This document shows, in pieces, positions 18,799 to 28,576 of a stretch of 64,000 nucleotides of DNA. The DNA is from an uncultured Gammaproteobacteria bacterium (GTDB lineage: Bacteria; Pseudomonadota; Gammaproteobacteria; Steroidobacterales; Rariloculaceae). The position numbers were made by a program, and so were the translations under genes. Position 1 is the stretch's first letter, and every line of letters begins with the position of its first letter. The DNA lies in contig CAYLKA010000001.1 in NCBI GenBank assembly GCA_964384125.1, positions 18,616 through 82,615 of the forward strand, given 5' to 3'. The notes beneath the pieces are model-generated. The model was not told the DNA's origin, ran no database searches, and saw nothing but the letters and a program-made list of their open reading frames with translations.

Positions 18799-19515
18799 AT
18801 GACAGTTCAAACTAAAGCGCTGGACTACAGCCAAGACGATACGACTTTCGAGGGTTACTTTGCTTGGGACGATGCAGGTGCCGAGCCCCGTCCTTGTGTT
18901 TTGGTGTCACACGCTTGGGGTGGTCAAGGTGAATTTGAGCAGGCGCGAGCCCGGGATTTAGCGGAGCTTGGATATGCGGCATTCTGTGTTGACGTTTACG
19001 GTAAGGGTGTGCGAGGCGCAAACCCCGAGGAGAATGCAGCGCTTATGCAACCCTTCCTCGACGACCGAGCCTTGCTCCAGAGTCGTTTGACGACAGCGCT
19101 TGATGTCGCCAGCCAGCAGCCGGGTGTTGATGCTTCCCGGATGGCGGCCATTGGTTATTGCTTTGGTGGGCTCTGTGTCCTGGACTTGGCTCGTGTCGGG
19201 GCTGATGTACTCGGCGTCGCAAGTTTTCACGGCATATTCTACCCGCCGGGCAACACCGAGGGGAACGAGATCAAGGCCAAGATTTTGGCACTGCACGGCT
19301 GGGATGATCCCTTGGCTCCACCTGATCAAGTAGTGGGGCTAGCCGCGGAGCTAACCGCCGCTGGAGCGGACTGGCAGATTCACGGCCATGGTCACGCGGT
19401 CCACGCCTTCACCAAACCTGAAGCGAACGATCCTGCCTCCGGCATGGTTTACAACGAGACGGCAGCTAATCGATCCTGGCAGGCGATGAGCAATTTCCTC
19501 GAGGATCTTTTCTAG
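18799..19515 (+). CDS. Dienelactone hydrolase family protein
   Basis: GGAGAG Shine-Dalgarno sequence 8 nt upstream. Contains the nucleophile elbow IGYCFGG and HGWDDPLAPP ... HGHGHAVHAF, characteristic of the DLH fold. Confidence 0.85.
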   Translation: MTVQTKALDYSQDDTTFEGYFAWDDAGAEPRPCVLVSHAWGGQGEFEQARARDLAELGYAAFCVDVYGKGVRGANPEENAALMQPFLDDRALLQSRLTTALDVASQQPGVDASRMAAIGYCFGGLCVLDLARVGADVLGVASFHGIFYPPGNTEGNEIKAKILALHGWDDPLAPPDQVVGLAAELTAAGADWQIHGHGHAVHAFTKPEANDPASGMVYNETAANRSWQAMSNFLEDLF

Positions 19516-19627
19516 GAGCATCCTTCGGTAAGGCCTCTGGGGGGTTGAACCTGTCGTAGGCAACCGGCCTCGGCTTCTATCCGTGTGGCGTCTTGTCAGG
19601 CGCTGATTTCGGCGTGTCCATGCTCTT

Positions 19628-19648
19628 GCCTTAGCTTTCTAAGGCTTT
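19628..19648 (+). terminator. Candidate intrinsic terminator after the dienelactone hydrolase gene
   Basis: GCCTTAG-cttt-CTAAGGC (7-bp stem) followed by TTT. The short T-tract keeps confidence low. Confidence 0.35.
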
Positions 19649-19845
19649 AACTAATGTGTGAGCTAATCGTCGCCCGTTCCACCTTAAGGATTATTAGAAC
19701 GCCATGCGGCCAAGGGGGTATTAGGCATAACACTTGAATATATGTATATAACCAGATAACCAATATTTCCTGTGTTTTTAAAGCCTTATTCATTATTTTT
19801 TGTTCATTTTTCGACTGACCGTCAGCCAAGAAGGTATAAGAATGG

Positions 19846-20475
19846 TTGTGCGGAGGAGCGCCTTTAACGCTTTACGGTTGGTTGCCCCTTACGCGTTTTG
19901 TTGGTGAGAGTCGCCACTGGGGCTCTTTGAGCTTTCTGGTTATTACAGTGCTTGCTGATAGGGGGAATTGGGTGGCAGCTAGTGAAATTGTAGCCTTTTT
20001 GAACGGAGTGGATTCAGAGCGGAGTTCATCGGGTAGTGAGCGTCGCAAACTACTGACCTTCAGATTATTCATTCTTTCCAGGCTTATAACTCGACAATCT
20101 ACTCGTTACCTTAAGAAACACCACGGCCTTTCAGTGGCCGAGTGGGCGATACTGGCCCAGCTTGCCGATGTCTCTCCACGTACGCTGCGGCAGCTCGCTG
20201 GGTACAACCATATAGATAAGGCCCAGCTCAGCCGGGCAAGCGGCGCCTTGTTGAAAAGGGGGCTGTTGGAACGAGAGTTCGACCCCAAGGATGGCAGAAG
20301 TGTGTTGTTCTTGATTACGCCCGAAGGGCGAGAACTCAGAGATAAGGTGTTGCCGGCTCGACGGGAGTTCAATAAAAAACTCATGGATCAACTCTCTGAA
20401 GAAGATTGTAGTGGGTTGGATTCTGGGATCGACGCCCTCACTAACTATCTGACCGACGAGTTTGGAGGCGTTTAA
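19846..20475 (+). CDS. MarR family transcriptional regulator (start uncertain)
   Basis: The winged-helix core reads HGLSVAEWAILAQLADVSPRTLRQLAGYNHIDKAQLSRASGALLKRGLLEREFDPKDGRSVLFLITPEGREL. The ORF begins at TTG 19846. The first ~60 aa look non-MarR, so the true start may be internal (for example GTG 19972). Confidence 0.75.
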   Translation: MCGGAPLTLYGWLPLTRFVGESRHWGSLSFLVITVLADRGNWVAASEIVAFLNGVDSERSSSGSERRKLLTFRLFILSRLITRQSTRYLKKHHGLSVAEWAILAQLADVSPRTLRQLAGYNHIDKAQLSRASGALLKRGLLEREFDPKDGRSVLFLITPEGRELRDKVLPARREFNKKLMDQLSEEDCSGLDSGIDALTNYLTDEFGGV

Positions 20476-20507
20476 CTTCTTTTTGGCTTAGCGACGATTG
20501 CAGGCGA

Positions 20508-20960
20508 TCAGCCGTTAATTACGTATCCGAGTATCTCGACGACTTGCTCGGGAGTACGAGCGGTGGCGTTTGCAGCCGCGTCGACTTCTTTTAACGCATG
20601 GTTGTGTTCCTCGTCGTGGAGGATAATGAGGGCCTTATTCAGTGCTGCCGCGTATCCGGCATCAAAGGCCGCATTCCATTGCTTGAACTTCGGTCCGAAC
20701 CGCACCACGACTACGTCGGCTCGGCTGATCAGGTTGGACGTGCGAATCGCGTTGATTCCGGCGCCCTTGCGGTCTTGCCAAAATTGTTGTGACTCCTCGC
20801 CAAGGATCTTTGTGCCACAAAGGTCGCTTGCATCATGGTCAGTGACCGGGCCGGAGAATGTCACCGGGAGATCGATCTTGTTCGATCGGTCCATGATCCG
20901 ATCTCTCCAATCGGAGTGAATCTCGCCTGAGAGATAGATGTTCCATATCCTGTCTGCCAT
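20508..20960 (-). CDS. YtoQ family protein (nucleoside 2-deoxyribosyltransferase-like fold)
   Basis: IYLSGEIHSDWRDRI and VVVRFGPKFKQWNAAFDAGYAAALNKALIILH match the YtoQ pattern as I recall it. ATG at 20960. Confidence 0.75.
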   Translation of the reverse strand: MADRIWNIYLSGEIHSDWRDRIMDRSNKIDLPVTFSGPVTDHDASDLCGTKILGEESQQFWQDRKGAGINAIRTSNLISRADVVVVRFGPKFKQWNAAFDAGYAAALNKALIILHDEEHNHALKEVDAAANATARTPEQVVEILGYVING

Positions 20961-20996
20961 CAATTGATACTCCAGTCGCTATATCGTGTCAGTTGG

Positions 20997-21335
20997 TTAG
21001 CCTCGGGTCAGTCGGGGGACACCGCTCACTTTTTGATAACAGGCCGTCGAGCCTTTCATTTGCGAGAGCGAAAAGCCCGGAAGGAAATTCCTTCCTTGCC
21101 GATCCAGCCGTCCTTGTGCACCCTTACATGCTAGAAACCGGTCCAGCAGCCGGACGACTCGCCGACTTAGATCTAGATCGATTTCGGGTCTCAGATGGGC
21201 ATTATAGAAGTTTCTGAATATCGAGTAGAGAGCGAGACTGAGTGACTCGCGTTGTTCCGGTGTCATCTGCTCGAGATCTCCCTCGTCCAAATGCCAAAAC
21301 CTTTTTATTTCGGGGTCAAAGTAAATGGTCTTCAT
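20997..21335 (-). CDS. Hypothetical protein (weak call)
   Basis: This is the only ORF covering the gap. The N-terminal half (MKTIYFDPEIKRFWHLDEGDLEQMTPEQRESLSLALYSIF) looks protein-like, but the C-terminal third is Arg/Gly-rich and may be read-through. Confidence 0.3.
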   Translation of the reverse strand: MKTIYFDPEIKRFWHLDEGDLEQMTPEQRESLSLALYSIFRNFYNAHLRPEIDLDLSRRVVRLLDRFLACKGAQGRLDRQGRNFLPGFSLSQMKGSTACYQKVSGVPRLTRG

Positions 21336-21591
21336 GATGGAAGATAGTGACTCAGAGAGGGTTTAGTGAGCCTTGAATCTCACAACGCGGTAGTTCTGGC
21401 GGACCTGTAGTTCAAGCTAGGCAATCGAGATCACCATGGCTATGGCACCGACGACCACGCCGATCGTTTTCCAATTGGTCATTGGCGCCCCTGGTTTTTA
21501 GATTCACAGGAAGATTTTTTGGTCAAATTGCGTATAGCATCTGGTTTTCTGAGGCGGTATTGTTTAGTCGAATTGGAGCGACGATCCGGTC

Positions 21592-22554
21592 ATGATACCT
21601 ACGCTCGATTTGGGCCCCTATCTTGCAGGTAGCACCGAGGCGCGGGATGCGCTAGCCGCGGAGCTTCGTCGCATCCAGGAGAATATCGGGTTCTACGTGG
21701 TGGTGAATCACGGTGTTCCCCAAGCGCCTATTAATCGGGGCTATGACGCTTTGCGGGAGTTCTTTGCACTTCCCTTGGAAGAGAAGCTGAAAGTTAAGAT
21801 CGACCAAAGCTCGGTCGGTTACGTTCCTATTCGCTCAACTGTTTACGTGACGTCGAAGTTCAATAGAAACACTAAACAGGACCTAAACGAAACCATTACC
21901 ATCGCACGGGAGAGGCCACTCGATGATCCTGATATCCAGCAGGGGTTGCGGTTCGTGGGCCCTAATCGATGGCCCGAGGGCCTGAAAGGTTTTCGTGATG
22001 CGATGATCGCCTATCAGGAGGCTCTGTCCACCCTCGGTTATGCGATGCTGCCCCTCTACGCTTTAGCGCTCGATCTTCCTAGCGATTATTTCGAACCTTA
22101 CTTCACCCGACCCACTTGGTGGACGAGGAACACTTATTATCCTGTCGTCGACCCGGAAGATAACCAGTTCGGGATTTCGCCCCACTCAGATCATGGTTTC
22201 GTTACCTTGCTACCCATGTCGCAGGTTGCTGGTCTGGAGATCTTGGGCCCGGACGATGAGTGGATTCCTGCTAAGCCCGTACACGATGGGATCATCGTCA
22301 ATACGGGGGAATTCCTGAATCGATGGACGAACGGTCGGTTTCTTGCCACGCCCCATCGTGTCATGCCGCCCGAGGAGGATCGTTATTCGATGGCGATGTT
22401 CTTCAATCCTAGTCCTGAGACGCTGGCTGTGCCACTTGAGTCGTGCGTCTCCTCAGAGCGTCCCGCTGCGTTCGAGCCGGTTAGCATGATCGATTACATG
22501 TGCTGGTATATCGATAGCAACTATAAACGGGAAGCGGGCGGCATCCAGGTATGA
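21592..22554 (+). CDS. 2-oxoglutarate/Fe(II)-dependent oxygenase (isopenicillin N synthase family)
   Basis: Iron facial triad context SPHSDHGFVTLL ... ATPHRV, and N-terminal DIOX_N-like region IPTLDLGPYLAGS. Confidence 0.85.
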   Translation: MIPTLDLGPYLAGSTEARDALAAELRRIQENIGFYVVVNHGVPQAPINRGYDALREFFALPLEEKLKVKIDQSSVGYVPIRSTVYVTSKFNRNTKQDLNETITIARERPLDDPDIQQGLRFVGPNRWPEGLKGFRDAMIAYQEALSTLGYAMLPLYALALDLPSDYFEPYFTRPTWWTRNTYYPVVDPEDNQFGISPHSDHGFVTLLPMSQVAGLEILGPDDEWIPAKPVHDGIIVNTGEFLNRWTNGRFLATPHRVMPPEEDRYSMAMFFNPSPETLAVPLESCVSSERPAAFEPVSMIDYMCWYIDSNYKREAGGIQV

Positions 22555-22557
22555 CGG

Positions 22558-23424
22558 TCAGCTAACCGCCTTGTACCAGTCGAGGATCTGTTCGCCGGTC
22601 ATCATGCAAACGCCCGGCTTTTTAAGTATGTGGTCATAGAGCTCTGCTAGATACTTGATGCGGTGCGGTGCACCTGTGAGGAAGGGATGGACGCTAATCG
22701 CCATAATCCGCGTGTGCTCCGCACCCTCTTCGTACAGTCGGTCGAAATGATCAATGCCCCGGCGTAAGAAGACCTCGGACTCGTGCTGCTGAAGAGCCAT
22801 GATCGGAATGTCGTTGACCTCGACGGTATAGGGAACGGAGATCAATGGACCTGCTGTGGTTCTAATCTCCACTGGCTGGTCATCCACCACCCAATCGGCA
22901 ACGTATTCGATCCCTTCCTCCGCCAACAGGTCCGGTGTCTCAAAGGTCTCCGTGAGGCCTGGGCTCTCCCAACCCCGCGGTGGTCTGCCCGTCGAGTTGC
23001 GGATCGCCTCGATCGTATCGCGGATGGCCTGGCGCTGATCCTCCAGTTTGTGCATCGGTCCCTGTAGGAAGCCGTGGCCCATGAGCTCCCACTCCGCCTC
23101 AAGTGCGGCCTCGATAATGCGGGGGTAGGTCGAGCACACCGAGCCGTTCGTCGCGAGGGTGGCACGGTGGCCCCTGGCCTTGATTGTCTCCAGAATTCGC
23201 CAGAAGCCCACCCGCATGCCGTACTCGTGCCAAGCCCAATTCGCGAGGTCCGGCAGCAGGGGTTCCCCCCTTGGCGGGGGCAGTACTGTGCGAGGCATTG
23301 CCTGATCGATGGACCACTCCTCGACGTTGACTATGGTCCATACAGCGATTCGCCCACCATCGGGAAGAGGTAGCGGGGGGCGATCCACGATCGCGCTGTA
23401 AGGCAATCGCTCCCGAGGCTTCAT
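22558..23424 (-). CDS. Polysaccharide deacetylase family protein (PuuE/allantoinase-like subgroup)
   Basis: ORF trimmed to MKPRERLPYSAIVDRPPLPLPDGGRIAVWTIVNVEEW (ATG 23424). Contains NWAWHEYGMRVGFWR and HGF, with overall PuuE-like collinearity. Confidence 0.8.
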   Translation of the reverse strand: MKPRERLPYSAIVDRPPLPLPDGGRIAVWTIVNVEEWSIDQAMPRTVLPPPRGEPLLPDLANWAWHEYGMRVGFWRILETIKARGHRATLATNGSVCSTYPRIIEAALEAEWELMGHGFLQGPMHKLEDQRQAIRDTIEAIRNSTGRPPRGWESPGLTETFETPDLLAEEGIEYVADWVVDDQPVEIRTTAGPLISVPYTVEVNDIPIMALQQHESEVFLRRGIDHFDRLYEEGAEHTRIMAISVHPFLTGAPHRIKYLAELYDHILKKPGVCMMTGEQILDWYKAVS

Positions 23425-23438
23425 TGGACGATCCAACG

Positions 23439-24383
23439 CTAGCGCTCCCCCCATCCCGTTTCGATCAGATATTCCTCGAAAGTTAACAGCCAGGGAAACT
23501 CTCTGCGAAGCGCCCCCACGTCTATCGGATCCGCGTTGTCCCGGTACCAGATCGTGGCTGCAATGGCCGTGTCAGGTGCAGATGCAACGAACTCTTCCCA
23601 GGGAGTCTGGTGGTAGACAACCGGCCGGCCCATGACCTGAGTCATGGCGGCTGCAATGCCCGCGTAGGTAATCCGGTCGCTCGCAATGGAGATCTCCTGT
23701 CCGAGCCAGTTCGATGGGTCATCGAACGCTTCCGCGACAAACCGGCCGATATCCGAGGGAGCCACGAAGACCCTCTCGAATTCCGGTGCTAGCGGGCCGC
23801 TGAAGTTGCCCGCTTCAGCATCGCCTCTGAACGGCTCGACCGTACTCATGAAGCTCGCGGGGCGAACGATCGTATAGGGGATGTCTAGGGAGCGAATGTA
23901 GCTCTCGATGAGCGCTTTGCTCTCGAATTGTGGTACGCCGGTTCCGAGCGGCGCCTTGGCCACGGAGGTGTAAACGAAGTGTTGAATGCCTGCCCGTTTT
24001 GCGGCATCGGCGAATGCTTCGCTTTGGCGTATTTCTCCGTTGATGCCGACGCCTCGATACTGCTGAACGGAGAATGCCCCATAGACGCCTTCCAAGGCCC
24101 TGTCCAAGGACGCGGCGTCATCGAAGTTACCGCGGACCATCCGAACACCCAGTTCTGTCAGTGCCCGTGACGTATCGCTGTCCGGATTGCGTGTGAGTCC
24201 TCGGACGGTGTAACCGCGGTCCACCAACTCCCGGGCCACGGCGCCACCCTGGGTACCAGTTGCGCCAGAGACCAGGATCACTCTAGCACCGCGATCCGGC
24301 TCCTGGCCCCAAGCGGCGGCTGAAGCGAAGCTCATCAGGAGCAAGAGGGTTAGGTCGCGGAGAGTAAGTCGGGTTCTTGGCAT
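23439..24383 (-). CDS. Exported NmrA-family NAD(P)-binding protein
   Basis: Signal peptide MPRTRLTLRDLTLLLLMSFASAAAWGQ followed by the Rossmann motif VILVSGATGTQGGAV. Confidence 0.8.
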   Translation of the reverse strand: MPRTRLTLRDLTLLLLMSFASAAAWGQEPDRGARVILVSGATGTQGGAVARELVDRGYTVRGLTRNPDSDTSRALTELGVRMVRGNFDDAASLDRALEGVYGAFSVQQYRGVGINGEIRQSEAFADAAKRAGIQHFVYTSVAKAPLGTGVPQFESKALIESYIRSLDIPYTIVRPASFMSTVEPFRGDAEAGNFSGPLAPEFERVFVAPSDIGRFVAEAFDDPSNWLGQEISIASDRITYAGIAAAMTQVMGRPVVYHQTPWEEFVASAPDTAIAATIWYRDNADPIDVGALRREFPWLLTFEEYLIETGWGER

Positions 24384-24413
24384 TTTTCTGGAGCAAGCTT
24401 GCGGGGTCGCGGC

Positions 24414-25079
24414 CTACACTAGCATTTTTCGGGCGTTCTCCACAGCGGCTTTGTTTCGGGTGGTGGCCTTGCTGCTTGGGGCGACGATCCCTCTCTGTAC
24501 TGCAGGGCGCGCCTCGATCGCATGCAGCCAGCGTTGCAGGTTCGTGAGTCCCTCCACGCCCACCCCCGACCAGTCGTGTCTGCTCACCCAAGGCCAGGTC
24601 GCGATGTCGGCAATGGAGTACTCGTCGGCGAGGTATTCGTGTTCGGCGAGTCGCTGATCCAAAACCTCGTACAGCCTGAGGGTTTCATTCTGATAGCGCT
24701 GAATGGCGTAGTCGATCTTCTCAGGCGCATAGCGGTAGAAGACATTTGCCTGTCCCTGCATGGGACCGATCCCGCTCATTTGAAACATCAACCATTGAAT
24801 CGCCGTGGAGCGTGCTTTGTGGTCCGCAGGCAGAAATCGACCAGTCTTTTCGGCTAGGTAGAGCAATATCGCACCAGATTCGAATACCGTGAAGTTCTCT
24901 TCCTCTCGATCGATGATGGCGGGAACTCGTCCATTAGGATTGATCTCAAGGAACCACGGCTCCTTTTGGGTGAGCTCACCCAGATCGAACCACGTTGCTT
25001 CGTAGGGCAGCTCACATTCCTCGAGCATGATTGTGACCTTGCGACCATTCGGGGTTGCTGCTGTGTACAGGGTGATCAT
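24414..25079 (-). CDS. Glutathione S-transferase (YfcG/Nu-class-like)
   Basis: ORF trimmed to [21 protein letters not shown] (ATG 25079). Contains [12 protein letters not shown] and [15 protein letters not shown]. Confidence 0.85.
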   Translation of the reverse strand: MITLYTAATPNGRKVTIMLEECELPYEATWFDLGELTQKEPWFLEINPNGRVPAIIDREEENFTVFESGAILLYLAEKTGRFLPADHKARSTAIQWLMFQMSGIGPMQGQANVFYRYAPEKIDYAIQRYQNETLRLYEVLDQRLAEHEYLADEYSIADIATWPWVSRHDWSGVGVEGLTNLQRWLHAIEARPAVQRGIVAPSSKATTRNKAAVENARKMLV

Positions 25080-25219
25080 CGTTACTGCGCTCCGGGGGCG
25101 AGGGGGCACTATTTTGAGGCAGATGGGGAGGGCCCGACAACACGCTGACCGGTCCGCCCACACCCGGTAAGATCAGGCTTGGGTATCAAATCGACAGTCA
25201 ACAATAAGAGGACATCGAT

Positions 25220-26215
25220 ATGAGCATGGTGGGTCGCAGATACGATATGCCTTTCGCGCAGCCAAGGTGGGTCTTTTTTTTAGCGGCCTTGGTGGGACAC
25301 AGCCAGGCGCAGGAGGTCAACCGGAGTCCGGATACGGCCGCTGTGGCACAACACACCAGTGCCGCTCGGGCTCACGCCGGAACGAACTGGACCGCGGCTG
25401 TCGATTTCCTATGTTCGGTGGAGCCTGATATTGGGGGGCGCGATCAGAGCCCGATGATCGAGCCGACCCAGCTTTTCGACAATCTTTATGTGATTGGGCG
25501 CACCGGAACCGTGGTGTACGCCATCACTACCTCCGAAGGAATCATCCTGATCGATTCTGGTTATGAGGGGCAGACAGAATCCGTGCTCATGCCGGGATTG
25601 GTCGAGCTCGGTTTGGACCCCGCGGACATCAAATACGTGGTCATCGCTCATGGTCACCGTGACCACTTTGGTGGTGCGCGCTACCTGCAGGACCGTTATG
25701 GTGCTCGTATCGTATTGGCAGCGGAAGACTGGGATCTTTTGGAGCAGGCAAGCACTGGGGTCAGCGACTCCTTGCCGCCGCCCACGAGGGACCTCGAAGC
25801 CGTGGAAGGGATTCCGGTCACACTCGGCGATACGTCGGTAACTCTGGTGGCTGTCCCAGGTCACACGCCCGGCTCGATCGGCTTGATTTTTCCCGTTCGA
25901 GACGGGGGTGCTAGTCACACTGCGGGGCTCTTCGGGGGGACAATTCTATTATCGTCGCGTATTTCCGATGAGGGGTTGCGCCAGTATCTTCGCTCACTCG
26001 CCTATTTCGCTGAGGTGGCTGGTCGTGAGGGTGTGGATGTTGAGATTCAAAATCATCCCATCTTCGACAGCATGCTCGAGAAACTGGTTAAGCTTAAGGT
26101 GCGAGACGCTGGCGCGTCTCATCCTTTCGTGGTTGGCGAGGCTGTTTACCAAGGGTTTCTTAATGTGATATCTGAATGTACCCAAGTTGAGCTTGCTAGG
26201 CGTGGCTCGACTTAG
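25220..26215 (+). CDS. Exported MBL-fold metallo-hydrolase
   Basis: HxHxDH motif IAHGHRDHFGG, downstream VPGHTPGS, and the signal-like stretch PRWVFFLAALVGHSQAQ. An alternative ATG start lies at 25247. Confidence 0.85.
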   Translation: MSMVGRRYDMPFAQPRWVFFLAALVGHSQAQEVNRSPDTAAVAQHTSAARAHAGTNWTAAVDFLCSVEPDIGGRDQSPMIEPTQLFDNLYVIGRTGTVVYAITTSEGIILIDSGYEGQTESVLMPGLVELGLDPADIKYVVIAHGHRDHFGGARYLQDRYGARIVLAAEDWDLLEQASTGVSDSLPPPTRDLEAVEGIPVTLGDTSVTLVAVPGHTPGSIGLIFPVRDGGASHTAGLFGGTILLSSRISDEGLRQYLRSLAYFAEVAGREGVDVEIQNHPIFDSMLEKLVKLKVRDAGASHPFVVGEAVYQGFLNVISECTQVELARRGST

Positions 26216-26603
26216 TCATCACCGCAACGTGACCAGCACACACAAGAATAGGGGCCTGATCGCGCGATTGGGCTTTGCCTTCAGCGGCCTCATGCAGTGC
26301 TGGCGAGAGGAGGCGAGCTTTCGCTTCCAGATATTCGTCGTTGTTCTAGTCATCATCACCCTCGTCGTTTTGCGTCCACCCCTGATTTGGATCGCGTTGA
26401 TAGTTCTCATCTCGTCGTTGGTGTTGAGCGCTGAGCTCTTCAATTCGGCCATGGAACGTCTCGCAGATGCGTTTGGCTCGATGGCGAATCCGCAGATCAA
26501 AGCGGCGAAGGACATGGCCGCCGGAGCTGTACTCTTGCTCGCGTTGACTGCTGCGGTTTTAGGGTTGTTTCTTCTGTTGGTTATATTGCAAGGGGACGTT
26601 TAG
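26187..26603 (+). CDS. dgkA: Diacylglycerol kinase (prokaryotic DgkA family)
   Basis: Contains REEASFRFQ, AELFNSAMERLAD and AKDMAAGAVLL, with three TM helices collinear with E. coli DgkA. The start is ambiguous (TTG 26187 overlaps the MBL gene; GTG 26229 does not). Confidence 0.8.
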   Translation: MSLLGVARLSHHRNVTSTHKNRGLIARLGFAFSGLMQCWREEASFRFQIFVVVLVIITLVVLRPPLIWIALIVLISSLVLSAELFNSAMERLADAFGSMANPQIKAAKDMAAGAVLLLALTAAVLGLFLLLVILQGDV

Positions 26604-26606
26604 CCC

Positions 26607-27137
26607 GTGTTTAGGTATGCCTTCATTCTTTTTGTGCTTATCGGGCACTCGTTAACTGTCCATGCTGAAAGCTCGAGGGATTGGTGGGTGGATGATGCCC
26701 TGCTTGCAGGTCTTCCACTAGCTGCTTTAGGGATGACTTTTGTTAACGAGGATGGAGAAGGACGTATCCAGCTTGTTAAATCTATTGGTTTGAATACGTT
26801 GGTTGTAGGGGCTCTGAAAGAAACGGTAGATAAGGAACGCCCAAACGGTGATTGTTGTGATGCTTTCCCTTCTGGTCACACTTCAACGGCTTTCGTAAGC
26901 GCGGCCTTTATGCATCACCGTTATGGTTTCAGGATAGCTATACCCGCCTACGTTGTGGCGACCTGGGTTGGGTACGCTCGGGTAGATGATGACAAGCATT
27001 TCGCCGAGGACGTGGTTGCGGGCGCAGCGATCGGGTTTCTCAGTAGTAGGTTCCTGACCACTCGCTATGGTAGCGCGCAAATAGTGCCGGTCGTCCGAAC
27101 AGGCTATTACGGACTTCAGGTTAACGGAAGTTTTTAG
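26607..27137 (+). CDS. PAP2-family phosphatase (exported/membrane)
   Basis: PAP2 motifs KERPNG, PSGHTS and FAEDVVAGAAIG. GTG start 3 nt after the dgkA stop. Confidence 0.85.
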   Translation: MFRYAFILFVLIGHSLTVHAESSRDWWVDDALLAGLPLAALGMTFVNEDGEGRIQLVKSIGLNTLVVGALKETVDKERPNGDCCDAFPSGHTSTAFVSAAFMHHRYGFRIAIPAYVVATWVGYARVDDDKHFAEDVVAGAAIGFLSSRFLTTRYGSAQIVPVVRTGYYGLQVNGSF

Positions 27138-27275
27138 CCTCGTATTTCCACGCGATTTAAAGCCCGGTGGTTGACAGGGGCCTTTAGGGAGTCTAGCTTT
27201 CAACGGGCATTTCTTTAGAAAATCTGCTTTCCCCCAATCGGCGGTGGACTAGCACAAAAAAAGGGGAGATGACCC

Positions 27276-28343
27276 ATGAAACGCTCATCGGTTTTTATCG
27301 TTTTAGCGCTTGCGATGCCGCTCAGTCTTCTGGCCCAGGAGGTGGTGCCATTTAAACTGGGTACGTTCGCAGACGGCGGCGACAATTATCTGGGCCTGGT
27401 CCTTGATGACCAACTGGTAGTCGATATCGCGGCAGCTAACCAGGCGCTCGACGGTGCGAAACCGCCGATACCTGGGACTATGACGGGGCTAATCACCGAG
27501 TACGATGGGCTTCGTGATCGGTTACATCAGATTGCCCGCGCGGCGTCAGCCATGCCGTCGGCGGCTTACGTCGAGGAAGTGAGCGATATCACCATCCGTC
27601 CACCTATGAGGCCTCACGTCATCTATAACGCTGCTTCTAACTACGATTTGCATGCTGCGGAGATGGCACGACGGAATAATCCTCAGGCGGATTTAGAGCC
27701 GCTACCTCCCGCTCCAGGCTCAATAACTGGGATTTGGGAACGGGAGTCAGATGACATTCGACAAAACCCCTACATGTTTCTCAAGCTGCCGAACACAATT
27801 ATCGCTGACGGTGAGGCGATTCGTGTTCCACCCGAGCGTCCTAATCTAGATTGGGAGTGTGAGCTAGCAGTGGTGGTTGGTAGGACCGCAAGCCGCGTCT
27901 CTGTTGCGGATGCGGAGGATTACATATTTGGTTACACGTTGGAGAATGACGTGTCTGATCGTGGAGGTCGGGGTGACGGCCGCTTCAACGGCCCGGATTG
28001 GTTCCTGCAAAAGAATCACGACACATTCGCGCCATTTGGGCCTTACATTGTCCCCAAGGAGTTCGTGGATGATCCGCTAAATCTTAGACAGACACTGACC
28101 ATGAGCGGTGAACTGATGCAGGACTCCAACACGGGCAATATGACGCACGACGTTTACGATATGTTGAGCTATGTCTCCAACATCATCACTATGACACCGG
28201 GTGATGTTTATGCGTTGGGCAGTCCATCTGGTGTGGGAACTGCTCGAGTGCCTCCGATATACATGCAGGCTGGTGATACAGCGGTATGTGAGATTGAGGG
28301 TATCGGTGTTCTCACCAATCCGGTTGTCGCTTGGGATGAGTAG
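27276..28343 (+). CDS. Exported fumarylacetoacetate hydrolase (FAH) family protein
   Basis: Signal peptide MKRSSVFIVLALAMPLSLLAQ. FAH core motifs DWECELAVVVGR, GYTLENDVSDR and PGDVYALGSPSGVG. Confidence 0.85.
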   Translation: MKRSSVFIVLALAMPLSLLAQEVVPFKLGTFADGGDNYLGLVLDDQLVVDIAAANQALDGAKPPIPGTMTGLITEYDGLRDRLHQIARAASAMPSAAYVEEVSDITIRPPMRPHVIYNAASNYDLHAAEMARRNNPQADLEPLPPAPGSITGIWERESDDIRQNPYMFLKLPNTIIADGEAIRVPPERPNLDWECELAVVVGRTASRVSVADAEDYIFGYTLENDVSDRGGRGDGRFNGPDWFLQKNHDTFAPFGPYIVPKEFVDDPLNLRQTLTMSGELMQDSNTGNMTHDVYDMLSYVSNIITMTPGDVYALGSPSGVGTARVPPIYMQAGDTAVCEIEGIGVLTNPVVAWDE

Positions 28344-28369
28344 TCTTAAGTAAAGGAATCTATAAACAG

Positions 28370-28400
28370 CGGCCACCCTATGGGGGTGGCCGTTTTTTTT
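28370..28400 (+). terminator. Rho-independent terminator
   Basis: CGGCCACCC (28370-28378) pairs with GGGTGGCCG (28384-28392) across a 5-nt loop, followed by T8 (28393-28400). It lies 27 nt after the FAH stop. Confidence 0.85.
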
Positions 28401-28576
28401 GCTTCGTCAGCTCAATTAGTAAAATCGCCGAACCTGCTTGACCGTTGCGCCTGTAAACCTCGGTTCGATTTAATTGGTGCACATTCCTAATCGCCGGTGG
28501 GCTTGACCCGGCGACCTCGCCGAGCGAAGCTTCCGTTGGTCGCTCAGACGAGCAAAGAGAGTGATGAGGAAGGATC

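Noticed and set aside
19846-20475. The MarR regulator as the protein that binds the TTAGAA-N3-TTCTAA palindromes.
   Set aside because: The MarR gene is 29 kb and 35 kb from the two sites, and no copy of the palindrome was seen near its own promoter. Nothing in the sequence links them.
20993-21217. 74-aa plus-strand ORF overlapping the weak minus-strand hypothetical gene at 20997-21335.
   Set aside because: I found no motif, no Shine-Dalgarno sequence and an Arg/Ser/Leu-rich composition. Of the two overlapping frames, only the minus-strand one has a protein-like N-terminal half, and even that call is weak.
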